A DNA stretch of 63,181 bases, filler included, from Octopus bimaculoides (GCF_001194135.2; 4 parts of 4 records of this genome joined end to end with filler, not necessarily neighbours in it); one strand, 5' to 3'. Shown: positions 11,700 through 23,744, counted from the first letter of the whole stretch. The notes: a model not told the origin generated them from the sequence alone. Made by a program: numbers and translations.

Positions 11700-12640
11700 A
11701 ATCATTCTGCAACGACTGCAAGTCATTGTCCTTCCAGCAACACCCCGAACAACTACTGGATATTGGGTCCTACAATGCTGAGGAGTCCACTGGTTGACTC
11801 ACACACTTTATTACACAAGATATTCGAGAGAACTTGTTTGATATAACATTGTAAACGGGGTTACCTCCATGACCAAGCTTGTGGCTGAGTAGGTCTGTCT
11901 TTATCAAACAGACCACGACCGAACAGGTAACACGACCGAACAGGTAACACGACCGAACAGGTAACACGACCGAACAGGTAACACGACCGAACAGGTAACA
12001 CGACCGAGATTGCTTCGTGCCCTTCTTAGGGAAAGGGGTTAACTTGTTGTTTTCGAAATCATTAAACTCCAGTAGCAATCAGATACCTCACAGATCCCTA
12101 TCTAATGCAAAATCTTCCTAGATTTAAGTGTCTTTAAGATTGTCTTTGAAACTCTTGCGTGGATCGCACTGGGGGCATTATCTTTGCTCCAGATAACCAA
12201 ACAACAGCTGTTTTCGAATGCAAGTATCATTTAAATGGACAAAACAAGCAAACTATTTCAGTTGGTGTTTCATAATCATGGACTTGATACTCGTCATTTT
12301 TGCTAGCTACAGTGCCCTCGAATCAGGCATATGAAATTTCCATAAAATCTTCAGGATATTACGCAAGCATGGCTGGTGCAATCGCTCGAAACATTGGATA
12401 TACTAGCGGTAGATTGTCCATGTTTCACACTCATAAAACACTGTTGTCAAGACACATACTCGATAAATCTCAACTTTTGTTTCTAATTTGAAGTTCAATT
12501 GCAGCCTAGGCCTTGATTTAAGCTTTCCAGATTTATCACAGGCCTTAGAAAGTCTTTAACTGACCTCGTCAAGTGTATTATTAAATTTTGATAGTGTGCT
12601 ACTAAGGTAGACGGACGTATCAACGACTTTTAATTTTTTA
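11700..12640 (-). mobile_element. 5'-truncated, decayed RTE-clade (BovB-like) LINE 3' fragment
   Basis: Manual minus-strand translation: YLSSTLS..TKVEIYRVCVLTTVFYECETWTIYR*YIQCFERLHQPCLRNILKILW..KQLLFG..PRKSFKDNLK..EDFALDRDL..FENNK, then terminal zinc-finger-like CSRCRMICMSIAGLRNH. Confidence 0.85.
11914..12007. repeat. Perfect 17-bp minisatellite (CACGACCGAACAGGTAA) x5.5
   Basis: Five identical units plus a 9-nt partial unit, read directly. Confidence 0.97.
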
Positions 12641-12718
12641 ACCTTGACATATATCGATGGTGGGATATACGACTTGCCTGGAGTTGGTTATAACATGCCA
12701 ATCACACACACGTGCACG

Positions 12719-12758
<40 letters not shown>

Positions 12759-12857
12759 CACATATACATGCGTACGCACGTATATGGGGTATATGCATAC
12801 AGGCACACACATGTAGGAGAAGGATGAAATAAAGATTCTTCTCGAGTCATATAGACA

Positions 12858-13035
12858 TATAGGGCCGCTTTCTCAGTTTCTGTGGCGCAGGATTACTAAT
12901 TTTTTCTGACTAAATCGGTGCTACGTGAAATGAAGTGTTTTGCTTAAGAGTAAAACGAATCGCCCGGTCCACAAATCGAAACCTCAATCTTACGCTCATG
13001 AGTCCAACACCCTAACCACTAAGCTACGCACTTCC
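12858..13035 (-). mobile_element. SINE family C fragment (tRNA-like head)
   Basis: Reverse complement starts GGAAGTGCGTAGCTTAGTGGTTAGGGTGTTGGACTCATGAGCGTAAGATTGAGGTTTCGATT (A-box/B-box-like), followed by CTTAAGCAAAACACTT. Confidence 0.7.
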
Positions 13036-13039
13036 ACAC

Positions 13040-13084
13040 ACGTACGCGCACACACACACGTACGCGCACACACACACGCACACA

Positions 13085-13160
<76 letters not shown>
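13040..13160. repeat. (CA)n microsatellite
   Basis: Direct reading. Confidence 0.95.
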
Positions 13161-13161
<1 letters not shown>

Positions 13162-13919
13162 TGTATAACTCTATTCTTAGTGATTTAGAGATGAGGAGCA
13201 ATAACCTGTGGTTGATATTTAACCCTTGGTCTGCTCCAGTCGACCAAACCTATGAGCATGATTAGTTCCCATTTTTTCTAAGTTTAGGACTGCCTTCTCT
13301 AAAATATTCTTCCGTTTGTAAAACACTAGAGCATAATTTTGGTTAGTATTTCATAAAGATTGAACGATTCTATAGTGTCTCTTTCCTGCTTAATTGAAGG
13401 ACATTAAATACAATTTGCCCAGAAGTGCATGTTTTTGACATAAATTAGAGAAGCTATAGTTTAGTGCAATACAATTTTGGGGAGATCTACCGGTTTAATT
13501 TATTTAAGAAGAGGTCTCTAAGATTTATACCTAAGTGTTTTACCTGCACTATATACAGCACCGTGATTGGATATACGAATAAACTAATCGCTATTAAATA
13601 TCATCGTTTTGTATTACCAAGGGTAGCGATGACTCAGATCTTAATGCGAGAAGTCACTGTTAAAGTACGAAAGGATGTCTTCACACAATCACAATAACTT
13701 TTCATCCCTGTGTGGGTGTAATATTTCTATAAAACTTTAACAAAGGAGGAAGGAAATGATAAATTTCTGATCATTAAAACCTCACTGAAATCCAATGTAA
13801 TCCTGTACCAAAGTGGAGCAATAACTAATCAACTCTGAAGATTTTGTTTTTGTTTTAAGTGGATGATGAGAGAGCTGCCCCGGGCAGGAACCTGCTGCAT
13901 CTGGTTTTGTTATTGATAC

Positions 13920-14230
13920 AAATAATGATAATGGTGATGCTAATGATGAAGATGATGATGATGATGTTAATGATGATGATGATGATGACGACAATGGAGA
14001 TGGTAGAGAGGACGAGAACGAATATAAAAACGAATATTGTAATTATTATTTTCATGATGATGATGATGATGATGATAAGGATGGTGATGATGATGAGGAT
14101 GATGCCGACGACGGCGGTGATGATATTGATGGTGACTGGTTGGTTGTGGTGATGAGGATGAGAACAAATATCATCATTATTCATTATGTGAATAATTATT
14201 TCATAGAGGGATAAAGATGATATTTGTAAT
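13920..14230. repeat. Degenerate (GAT)n/(ATG)n trinucleotide tract
   Basis: Direct reading; gives spurious poly-M/I/H ORFs. Confidence 0.9.
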
Positions 14231-15237
14231 TAATTTCTGTTCTTTGTACATACTTATTTAAATTATTTTTGTATAGGTCTGCGAGAAAATATAATTACAG
14301 GAAAGCCTATAATAGACTTAATCCAATTAGTTGATAAAAACGTAACAAGTAGAAACACGTTACTCCTGTTGGATCGATCACTGAAGATCATTAACTGAAA
14401 CTTTCTCTCCACTGACTCACATACGTCATCAACATATGGTAACGTATACATATATTTACGCATTCATATATATATATATATATATATANNNNNNNNNNNN
14501 NNNNNNNNNNNNNNNNNNNNNNNNNNNNNNNNNNNNNNNNNNNNNNNNNNNNNNNNNNNNNNNNNNNNNNNNNNNNNNNNNNNNNNNNNNNNNNNNNNNN
14601 NNNNNNNNNNNNNNNNNNNNNNNNNNNNNNNNNNNNNNNNNNNNNNNNNNNNNNNNNNNNNNNNNNNNNNNNNNNNNNNNNNNNNNNNNNNNNNNNNNNN
14701 NNNNNNNNNNNNNNNNNNNNNNNNNNNNNNNNNNNNNNNNNNNNNNNNNNNNNNNNNNNNNNNNNNNNNNNNNNNNNNNNNNNNNNNNNNNNNNNNNNNN
14801 NNNNNNNNNNNNNNNNNNNNNNNNNNNNNNNNNNNNNNNNNNNNNNNNNNNNNNNNNNNNNNNNNNNNNNNNNNNNNNNNNNNNNNNNNNNNNNNNNNNN
14901 NNNNNNNNNNNNNNNNNNNNNNNNNNNNNNNNNNNNNNNNNNNNNNNNNNNNNNNNNNNNNNNNNNNNNNNNNNNNNNNNNNNNNNNNNNNNNNNNNNNN
15001 NNNNNNNNNNNNNNNNNNNNNNNNNNNNNNNNNNNNNNNNNNNNNNNNNNNNNNNNNNNNNNNNNNNNNNNNNNNNNNNNNNNNNNNNNNNNNNNNNNNN
15101 NNNNNNNNNNNNNNNNNNNNNNNNNNNNNNNNNNNNNNNNNNNNNNNNNNNNNNNNNNNNNNNNNNNNNNNNNNNNNNNNNNNNNNNNNNNNNNNNNNNN
15201 NNNNNNNNNNNNNNNNNNNNNNATATATATAGATAGA

Positions 15238-15335
<98 letters not shown>

Positions 15336-17005
15336 GATAAGATAGATAGGTATATGAATAATTATTTCTAAGATTCTTCTGAATCCTAGTACCTTAATGC
15401 TGAGGACATCTAGTGAGGGTCGAGATCTGCATATCTTTGTGCATACCATATACAAGCACACCTGTATATACCCATAATATATGGATATATTCATACACAT
15501 ACACATACAAATATACGCATACATGTAAATATAGATGTGCATAAAAATATATACTCTTGCATGCCGACATGTAGTTTCACTTTCGAATGTAAGTTCCATA
15601 TCCAACATAGGGAAGGTACCAGAAATGGTGTTTGCATAAAATAAGAACAAAGATGGGACAGTTGTTTCAGAAACGTTTTTCAGAAACGTTTTCTTATTAA
15701 TGAATAATTTGATTACATCATGGAAAAAGAAAACCGTTTTCTTCAGGTGAATTAAAAATTTAAAATTTGGACCCCTTNNNNNNNNNNNNNNNNNNNNNNN
15801 NNNNNNNNNNNNNNNNNNNNNNNNNNNNNNNNNNNNNNNNNNNNNNNNNNNNNNNNNNNNNNNNNNNNNNNNNNNNNNNNNNNNNNNNNNNNNNNNNNNN
15901 NNNNNNNNNNNNNNNNNNNNNNNNNNNNNNNNNNNNNNNNNNNNNNNNNNNNNNNNNNNNNNNNNNNNNNNNNNNNNNNNNNNNNNNNNNNNNNNNNNNN
16001 NNNNNNNNNNNNNNNNNNNNNNNNNNNNNNNNNNNNNNNNNNNNNNNNNNNNNNNNNNNNNNNNNNNNNNNNNNNNNNNNNNNNNNNNNNNNNNNNNNNN
16101 NNNNNNNNNNNNNNNNNNNNNNNNNNNNNNNNNNNNNNNNNNNNNNNNNNNNNNNNNNNNNNNNNNNNNNNNNNNNNNNNNNNNNNNNNNNNNNNNNNNN
16201 NNNNNNNNNNNNNNNNNNNNNNNNNNNNNNNNNNNNNNNNNNNATATATATATATATATATATATATAAAACCACCCATCCATCCATCCTCCGTATATGT
16301 GTGTGTCTGGTGAACTCCCAGGTATCATGAGCTCTAATTTCCAACTGAGTATACTGGGGCCTGGGGCAACATGAAGGAAGTGCTTTGCTGGAAGACTCCA
16401 TGTAAGAATCAAATGCATGGTCTAACAATGACAAGACTATCACTCTAGCCAATAGACCACACACTTTCACACCTTATATAAGGGTTGATTATATTCTAAA
16501 TAACAATCTTTCTCATTAACTATAAGTAAGTATGGTTGGACCAAATCTTACAGATAGTCCCGTATTTGATATACACGTAGATTCTTTAATATTTATGCTG
16601 TTTTTACAATGTATTTTGTGTATATATATTAGAATTGTATTTTACACACGTTCTTTTAACTGTCGTTTGATCATTTCTTTCGCTCTTTTATCTTAGGGCC
16701 CTGAAATTGTCACGAGGTATTCTTTTTCAATGACTAAGCTTAGGTTATATTTATTCCTCACGTAATTGTAAACTTGTAACTGAGTCTCTTCAATATCCCA
16801 GTAATTTCAAACACTGTCTTGTACTTAATATATAGAATAACTAATTAGAGATAGATAATATTAGTTTTTCTTTCACGTTTTCCTTCTTATGCTCTGACCC
16901 GATGTAGTTTGTACTACATCAAATATCTTATGTACCTTGTAATTCTAATATTTTAATGTTTTCATTATTTTTATTTTATTATTTCAATTCAAACATATTT
17001 CAGTG

Positions 17006-19915
17006 ATGTTGTTCCTGGATCTACTTCTTCTAATCAAGTTAACAGTGGGTGTGCACTGTTGGAAAACTTCCAATTTAACAAATAATAAGGATATGGTTGT
17101 TGCCAATAAGAATATATTAAAAACTCCTGCAAAAAAGAATACAACTATTTCAGACGGAGAGAAATATTCGAACAGGTTGCTAAACAACCGGAAAAGGATT
17201 TCTTCAGATTTGGAAATATTTAGAAATATCTACGTAGATATGGATATACACAATATAAAACAGAAGCAATTAATTTTCGAAATATTTTCTAAATTCTGCA
17301 GAAAACATATGAATTGTCAAAGAAACAATTTAGATCAAAGATCAACTGAGGAAAAGATATATTTTTGTAAAAAACAACTGCAAAATAAAGTGCTAAAGTC
17401 TTATAATGGCATCAAAGACGACTTGCAAGTAAAACCAGTCAATAAACAAATGATATATTTTCTAACAAAGAACAGCCAAAATCTTGTGGAAAGATTTCAG
17501 GCTTATTATAAATATAATTGGACTTTTCAGATTTGTTCTATATTTACTGCAATGCTCAACAACAACTTCCGAAATCTTAAATTTAAAGTACAGGATTTCG
17601 GCACTGCCAAATCAACGCTGAAGCTTTATTTTTTAGATTTAAAATTTTTGGAAAACAGAGCAAAATATATGCTAGACTTCGATTTGATGCTAAAGAAGAA
17701 ACAAAATATCAACTCAGACTCTGAAATCCATCCTGGGTTACCGGATTTGGAAGAAGTATTACCAAATAATGTAACAAACTTTCTGGTGACAGAAGGTAGC
17801 AAGAATATAAAACCACCCGAATATTCCAAGATCAGTATGGCACCCGAAAGTCATGAACACATTAGACTTACAGATACAAAGGTATTTGTAGATGATGCTG
17901 GTAGCAAACACTTACCAGAGCATACAACACTCGGTATAATAGAAGCGTCCTCGAGTAATAACGTGAAATTTATTGTCAATCCTGGTTCACCTGTAAACTC
18001 CCCAGGAAATACTAACAAGCTTTCTACTGGAAAAACCTCTCAAGCGTCTAGTTGTTCATTTATAACACGCTTACTCACAATTCACAAACCTATTCACCAT
18101 AGTTCTATTCAGATCAATAAGAATCCTTCATTAATGTTTACTAGTAACCATGCAACAGTTCTGACATCGAATAAGGAACAACTGATATCTGCTCTTCAAT
18201 ATAAAATAACTCTACCAAAATTATTGACACTTTTATTTCGGAAGGAAATTTGGAATTTTAAAGAAACAGCATTCATTCCGAAACACAACTACGAAGTAAT
18301 CTTATTGCCAAAGTATTCTTCCCTAGTTTCAAATATTTTAATTCGTTTTGGATTTCGAACGAAGTATATATCGTTCATACTGGTCAACTGTAGATCTAAT
18401 CTCGTTCATCGAAAACCAAAAGTATTTTGGTATTGCAAAAGTTTCAGATATGCAGATCGTCAAATCAAGAAAAAATCAAAATACATAACTATCTTAATCA
18501 CTGGTAGATTCTTAGTTCTTTTTCCAATAACTCGTTTAATTTTCAAATATAACACCATTCCATTTATTTCTTGGACAAATTCGTACTCAAATTTTCAGAA
18601 ACCAGTTGGAAACAATTCTCCATTCCGGACTAGTCAATGTAAATTTTCAATCAATTTATTATTACTTCATTATAGATTAAAAGTTTGTCGAATCAAGTAT
18701 TTAGAGGAAATATTTTCTTCGTTCACCGGCAGAAAATTATTATTTAATGCTAAGTCAACTAATTCTGCTCTTATTCACAAATTGATAAAAAGGGATTTAA
18801 AAGACAGTCAGCAGTTAACATCACAAAAGACGAAACAGTCTTTTTCTAACGCGTCCAACGACCCAACCAATACAGATTTGATAACTTCGTCCTTGATTCA
18901 CTCCTCAGCTGTGGTTACATCAAAAGAATCCACAACACAATTGCGTTCTTCAAAGGAAACAATTTTGGGGTTTTCTAATATTACCGAAATACCAAAGCAG
19001 TTGGAGAATGTTAATTCCTCAACGGTAAATTTGACACAAGCTGTTGATGTAAAGAAAACATTTAACATGGTAGATATTATAATTCAACCAGCGATTTTAT
19101 TTACTGGAATAATTGGCAACATCATCTCTGTTCTTGTCTTTAGATCGACAGAGTTTAAAAACGAAGTGGCTTTTTATATACCTGCGTTCCTTTCTACAGT
19201 TGATATGTTTACAGGTATAATTGTATTCTTTGACAGCGAATTTTACATTTATTTCTTTGGAGGGAAAATATCGAACCTAAATTTTACCATGTGCAAGACA
19301 TTTCATTATCTGAAAGTTTTTGTCAAATCTACATCGGCTTGGGCAATTGCTATGATGTCAGCAGAACGGTTTATTGCGGTCAAGTTTCCATTCAAAGCTA
19401 AAATCTACATCACAAAATACAAAGTTATGACTGCAGTGGTTGTTTGCTTTCTAGTTGAGATAATGCTTAATTTCTCTCAGCTCGGCATGAGGTCCTATGA
19501 AAATGGCCAATGCATTAAATCTAACCAAAATCGTAATATTTTGGTTATACTAATAACGATGCTTAACGGGTGGCTTATTCCAACATCAACCACTGTCATA
19601 CTGAATATATTAATTATCATCCATCTGAGGCGACAGAGCAGGATTCGAAATACACTCGCACGTGAAGATAGAAGTCAACAATTTCGACAGATTAACGTCA
19701 TGCTTTTTACCATAATACTTTGCAAATTTATCTTTGAATTACCACTAATGATACAACATGTATTAGGGTGGGTTCGCTATGGATTAAGTGATCTTTTAGA
19801 TAGTGTATTTATGGCCCTTGGTTTTGCACAGCATTCTATAAATGCCTTTTTGTACAGTTTTGTTTCAAAATCTTTCCGTTCTGTAATTTTGAGCTGTTTT
19901 CGAAACAAAAACTAA
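17006..19915 (+). CDS. Class A (rhodopsin-like) GPCR, peptide/FMRFamide-receptor-like orphan type, with signal peptide and ~690-aa N-terminal region; single coding exon, 969 aa
   Basis: 2.9-kb open frame in AT-rich DNA. ATG at 17006 (the track starts at GTG 17003), just after a pyrimidine-rich ..TTTCAG acceptor-like site. Hydrophobic leader MLFLDLLLLIKLTVGVHC. TM1 TGIIGNIISVLVF, TM2 FLSTVDMF, TM3 CKTF..MSAERFIAVKFP, ECL2 Cys (GQC), TM5 GWLIP, TM6 FELP, TM7 HSINAFLY, helix 8 SKSFR. Confidence 0.92.
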   Translation: MLFLDLLLLIKLTVGVHCWKTSNLTNNKDMVVANKNILKTPAKKNTTISDGEKYSNRLLNNRKRISSDLEIFRNIYVDMDIHNIKQKQLIFEIFSKFCRKHMNCQRNNLDQRSTEEKIYFCKKQLQNKVLKSYNGIKDDLQVKPVNKQMIYFLTKNSQNLVERFQAYYKYNWTFQICSIFTAMLNNNFRNLKFKVQDFGTAKSTLKLYFLDLKFLENRAKYMLDFDLMLKKKQNINSDSEIHPGLPDLEEVLPNNVTNFLVTEGSKNIKPPEYSKISMAPESHEHIRLTDTKVFVDDAGSKHLPEHTTLGIIEASSSNNVKFIVNPGSPVNSPGNTNKLSTGKTSQASSCSFITRLLTIHKPIHHSSIQINKNPSLMFTSNHATVLTSNKEQLISALQYKITLPKLLTLLFRKEIWNFKETAFIPKHNYEVILLPKYSSLVSNILIRFGFRTKYISFILVNCRSNLVHRKPKVFWYCKSFRYADRQIKKKSKYITILITGRFLVLFPITRLIFKYNTIPFISWTNSYSNFQKPVGNNSPFRTSQCKFSINLLLLHYRLKVCRIKYLEEIFSSFTGRKLLFNAKSTNSALIHKLIKRDLKDSQQLTSQKTKQSFSNASNDPTNTDLITSSLIHSSAVVTSKESTTQLRSSKETILGFSNITEIPKQLENVNSSTVNLTQAVDVKKTFNMVDIIIQPAILFTGIIGNIISVLVFRSTEFKNEVAFYIPAFLSTVDMFTGIIVFFDSEFYIYFFGGKISNLNFTMCKTFHYLKVFVKSTSAWAIAMMSAERFIAVKFPFKAKIYITKYKVMTAVVVCFLVEIMLNFSQLGMRSYENGQCIKSNQNRNILVILITMLNGWLIPTSTTVILNILIIIHLRRQSRIRNTLAREDRSQQFRQINVMLFTIILCKFIFELPLMIQHVLGWVRYGLSDLLDSVFMALGFAQHSINAFLYSFVSKSFRSVILSCFRNKN

Positions 19916-22900
19916 GTAAAGACAACATATTAAAAACAAACGCAATGAAATATTTAGTATTCTTTTGTGTAGTGGAAATAACTGTTTGCTGACCTGAAAT
20001 ATTTGCAGTGGGTTTGTGTATACGCTGGTATTAAATCGCTGAAAATTATATATTGTTGTCCAGTTTAGAATATGATATGATTGTCATAAATTCAAGGCAT
20101 ATATTGCTTTGTAGTCGTGAGTTAATTAGTAAAACGTTGTGATGAAATTCTGTTACAGTAGAAGTAATGTTGCGATGACAAGGTTTTGATATGATAATGA
20201 AGCGATTGTGATGTCCTACTGGATATATCAAGGTTGTAGAGAAGGAATCTTCAGGTATTCAATTATTGCCAGAAAAGGGCAACTAAAATATTACTAAAAC
20301 ATAAAAATAAACCTTATAATGAAAGGAAGCAATAGGTAACTGCAGTAAACTTTAAAACGAGCCTGATTCTGATAAACTTTGACGTCTGCAATAACGTTTG
20401 AAAATGATGACTGATAAAATGTAAAAAAATGTGATAGGATCAGTTTAAAATACATAAAGAAATGCAAGACTTGCGGTTGTGATTGCTGAAAAATAAGTGA
20501 GCAAGATAATTAGGAGAACATAATTGAGAAAAAGAATTACAGAAAATTAAATGAATTTGAAGTCATTTTTCAACAGATTCAATATATCATCGATTACTCC
20601 AGTTCACCTAGATATAAGATGAACAGGAGTAATAGATGTTATATCATTGCAAAATAGATCAATGAAAATCTTCAATGATATCAGGTAATTTTGCATGGTT
20701 ATTCTTTGTGAAGAGCAACTTAATCTTTCTCAAATTACAGCCTACCAAATTGAAAAAGGAAAACAAATTAGATAATGTAACCCTTTATTCGTAGTATCTC
20801 AAAGAAGGACCGCATGATCTTAACTGGAGCTAGACAACAACAACAAAAAAGATATTTTGTCAAGCCCATGGGTAGTTGACTACAGCAAGGAAGAATTATA
20901 AACAGCTCTTCAATGTTTTAGTTATATGTTTCGTATGGGCTATCTGAAAACCTGCGCCAGCAATGATATCCGACAAAGTAATCTACTAATCACCGTGAAG
21001 AGGAACAGTAATGATAATACAATAGCGTTCAGATTACGTAGATGTGCTAAAGCTACATGCAATAGATATGAGTTTACTGTAGCATCAGACTTACACCTTA
21101 ACAGCAACACAAAAATCAAGGAACTTTATAAGGAAGACACATGAAAGTAATACCTAGGAGTGAAGGGAAGAGATGACATAGAGGATGTAAAACTTGTATT
21201 TTTGGCTGTGAAGTTTTGTATTACTGTGATCAGTCACCAAGATGGCGCATCGCTGCAATAGTTTTGTTGTCATCCATTCATTCCAAATAGCTAATAAGCA
21301 GGTGAAATTTAAAGGTATCCTTTTCATCTTTCTTAGATAAATTAGACAATAAAAAAAATTCTTCTTAAATGTAACGCAATCCTTAAATAATGTAAGACAT
21401 ATATCAAAAGAGTTTTGTATGCTGTGGTAGGAGCTGATGTGACATCTCCACGTAATTGCTGTCGTACCATTTGCAACTTCTTGTAAGTCTGTGGTAACAG
21501 ACTGATAATTTCGCTAGTTTTCAATTGCTTATTATTAGTAACAATGTTTGTGCCAAGCTGATTTAGGCTCATTCGGTTCCTTAGCCAATAGTGCTCGGGC
21601 TCCTATCTGTAATAAGACCGAATTAGACACTGAGAAATATTTCGATGCATTAAAAAAACAAGTAAAAAGGCACCTCTTTTACGTCGGTAAATACGGCACA
21701 CAGGAGACATTCAAATACTACTGCAAAGATAATCAAATCATGGACTAAGACAAATGAAATACTGTAGAAATTCAAATACATTCAAACGCATCAGATACTG
21801 TACTGTACTATTAATAAACTATTGTCAATAAAAACATCATATTGTTGGTATTTCTCTTTCGATATTGTGTGGTGGTGGTAATCAGTGTCGACCTGATATT
21901 CTGTGCCGACATTATATTCTGTATGATATTCTATATTTTGCGCTCTTGGAATTTTATTGAACAGCTTGATGTAGGACATTTAAGTGACTCTGATTGCATA
22001 GTATCTGGAAAGATTTCTGGACGGCGAACAAGTTAACGTTTATCAGGTACGTTTTCTCATTTACGGAGCAATAGTCCTCGATCAGTCCGTATAGGCGCTT
22101 ATTGTTCTTTACCAATCAGTCAATGTGGTTGCTGATAAATCGATTCTTCCATTCTACAGAGGAGTAGGGTTGGAAAAAGTAAGTTCCGGGTGTTGACGAA
22201 GATCAAAGGAACAATCTATTCATGGGGACTTTCTTCATAGGATTTATGGACTACTCTTGGAAATCCCGAGCTTGACAGTTGTGCAGGCTGAAGTGTGGAG
22301 TAGACTATACAGACATAATGGTGTCGTCAGCCGGGTTTCCTTAAGGTACATACAAACTGACAAAATGGTTCTGCACATAATCATTCAATGTCAGAGTATT
22401 GCTATTTTGTAGTTTTATGTTGAATTGCTTTTGACGAATGCAGGATTGATCAGACTTCTAACCAAATTCATTTTGACAATTACTTCATAAACCTCCTTTG
22501 GCAAAACAGGTTGAATGTAGATAAGACTGAAAAGGTCAAGATTTTCTTCTGCAGCATCATCTTTTTAAAGTTCACTTGGATAAGAAAGTAATAGCGGGAA
22601 GTATTGTCTTCCAGTGAATTTATTGAAAGGTAGATGAGAGTGGCGAGAATTGCATACATACCTCAACGGTCTTACGTCCAGCATGCACCTGTACGTCGGA
22701 GAACATAAGTAAGCGACGGAACTTGCTCAGGTTAATCTTGGAACAGTAGCGATTAGTCATTTTTTGTGAATAAACACTGAGTGGCGTGAAAAGAACTTGA
22801 ATAAAAGCACAAAATAATACTCATGAATACTCTATGGCTGAAATACATAATCAGGTGGCTGGCTGCTAGTATACATAAGGCAGTGGTCCAAGAAATTTTA

Positions 22901-23541
22901 ATTGATTAAAAATAGGTTGTTGGATAATGCAGTTTGAAATAAGTCTGAGATTGGCAGCACGCGACAAGTGCGGATAATTTTTCTCTTCACCGCAAGTGAG
23001 TAAAATTCTGTATATATATATATATNNNNNNNNNNNNNNNNNNNNNNNNNNNNNNNNNNNNNNNNNNNNNNNNNNNNNNNNNNNNNNNNNNNNNNNNNNN
23101 NNNNNNNNNNNNNNNNNNNNNNNNNNNNNNNNNNNNNNNNNNNNNNNNNNNNNNNNNNNNNNNNNNNNNNNNNNNNNNNNNNNNNNNNNNNNNNNNNNNN
23201 NNNNNNNNNNNNNNNNNNNNNNNNNNNNNNNNNNNNNNNNNNNNNNNNNNNNNNNNNNNNNNNNNNNNNNNNNNNNNNNNNNNNNNNNNNNNNNNNNNNN
23301 NNNNNNNNNNNNNNNNNNNNNNNNNNNNNNNNNNNNNNNNNNNNNNNNNNNNNNNNNNNNNNNNNNNNNNNNNNNNNNNNNNNNNNNNNNNNNNNNNNNN
23401 NNNNNNNNNNNNNNNNNNNNNNNNNNNNNNNNNNNNNNNNNNNNNNNNNNNNNNNNNNNNNNNNNNNNNNNNNNNNNNNNNNNNNNNNNNNNNNNNNNNN
23501 NNNNNNNNNNNNNNNNNNNNNATAACAACAACAACAACAAC

Positions 23542-23586
<45 letters not shown>

Positions 23587-23588
<2 letters not shown>

Positions 23589-23744
23589 TAACATCGAAAA
23601 ATACCTTAGGAATGAGAAGCCAGGTTCGAAATTTCATCAAGACACCTGAAGAAGGCTGGGGGTACATCAGCCGAAACGTGTTAGCAACAAACAAGATTAG
23701 GACAAATATCCGTCAAATGTAAATAATGTAAATAATGTAAATAG
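23587..23744 (+). mobile_element. Penelope/retrozyme-like terminal fragment following (AAC)n(AAT)n and ending in (AATGTAAAT)x3
   Basis: Contains a hammerhead-like core (next entry) and a short tandem-repeat tail. The family assignment is an inference. Confidence 0.45.
23641..23682 (+). ncRNA. Hammerhead-ribozyme-like motif (type I topology, probably degenerate)
   Basis: GACAC-CTGAAGA-A-GGCTG(GGGGTACAT)CAGCC-GAAA-C-GTGTT: core boxes present, 5-bp stem II and stem I GACAC/GTGTT. No helix III or UH site is present. Confidence 0.5.

Noticed and set aside
11914-12007. Possible CRISPR array
   Set aside because: Units are contiguous and identical with no spacers, there are no cas genes, and the context is eukaryotic. 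It is a minisatellite.
13855-14184. Poly-Met / poly-Ile / poly-His ORFs
   Set aside because: Translations of a (GAT)n microsatellite.
20306-20311. AATAAA as the GPCR polyadenylation signal
   Set aside because: Plausible at ~390 nt after the stop, but the hexamer is frequent here and cannot be assigned without transcript data.
21700-22850. Possible decayed Penelope or other RT element on the minus strand (ADD-like motif near 22325, weak GIY-YIG-like spacing near 21900)
   Set aside because: Only isolated short motifs; I could not assemble a collinear protein alignment by eye. Needs tblastx/HMM.
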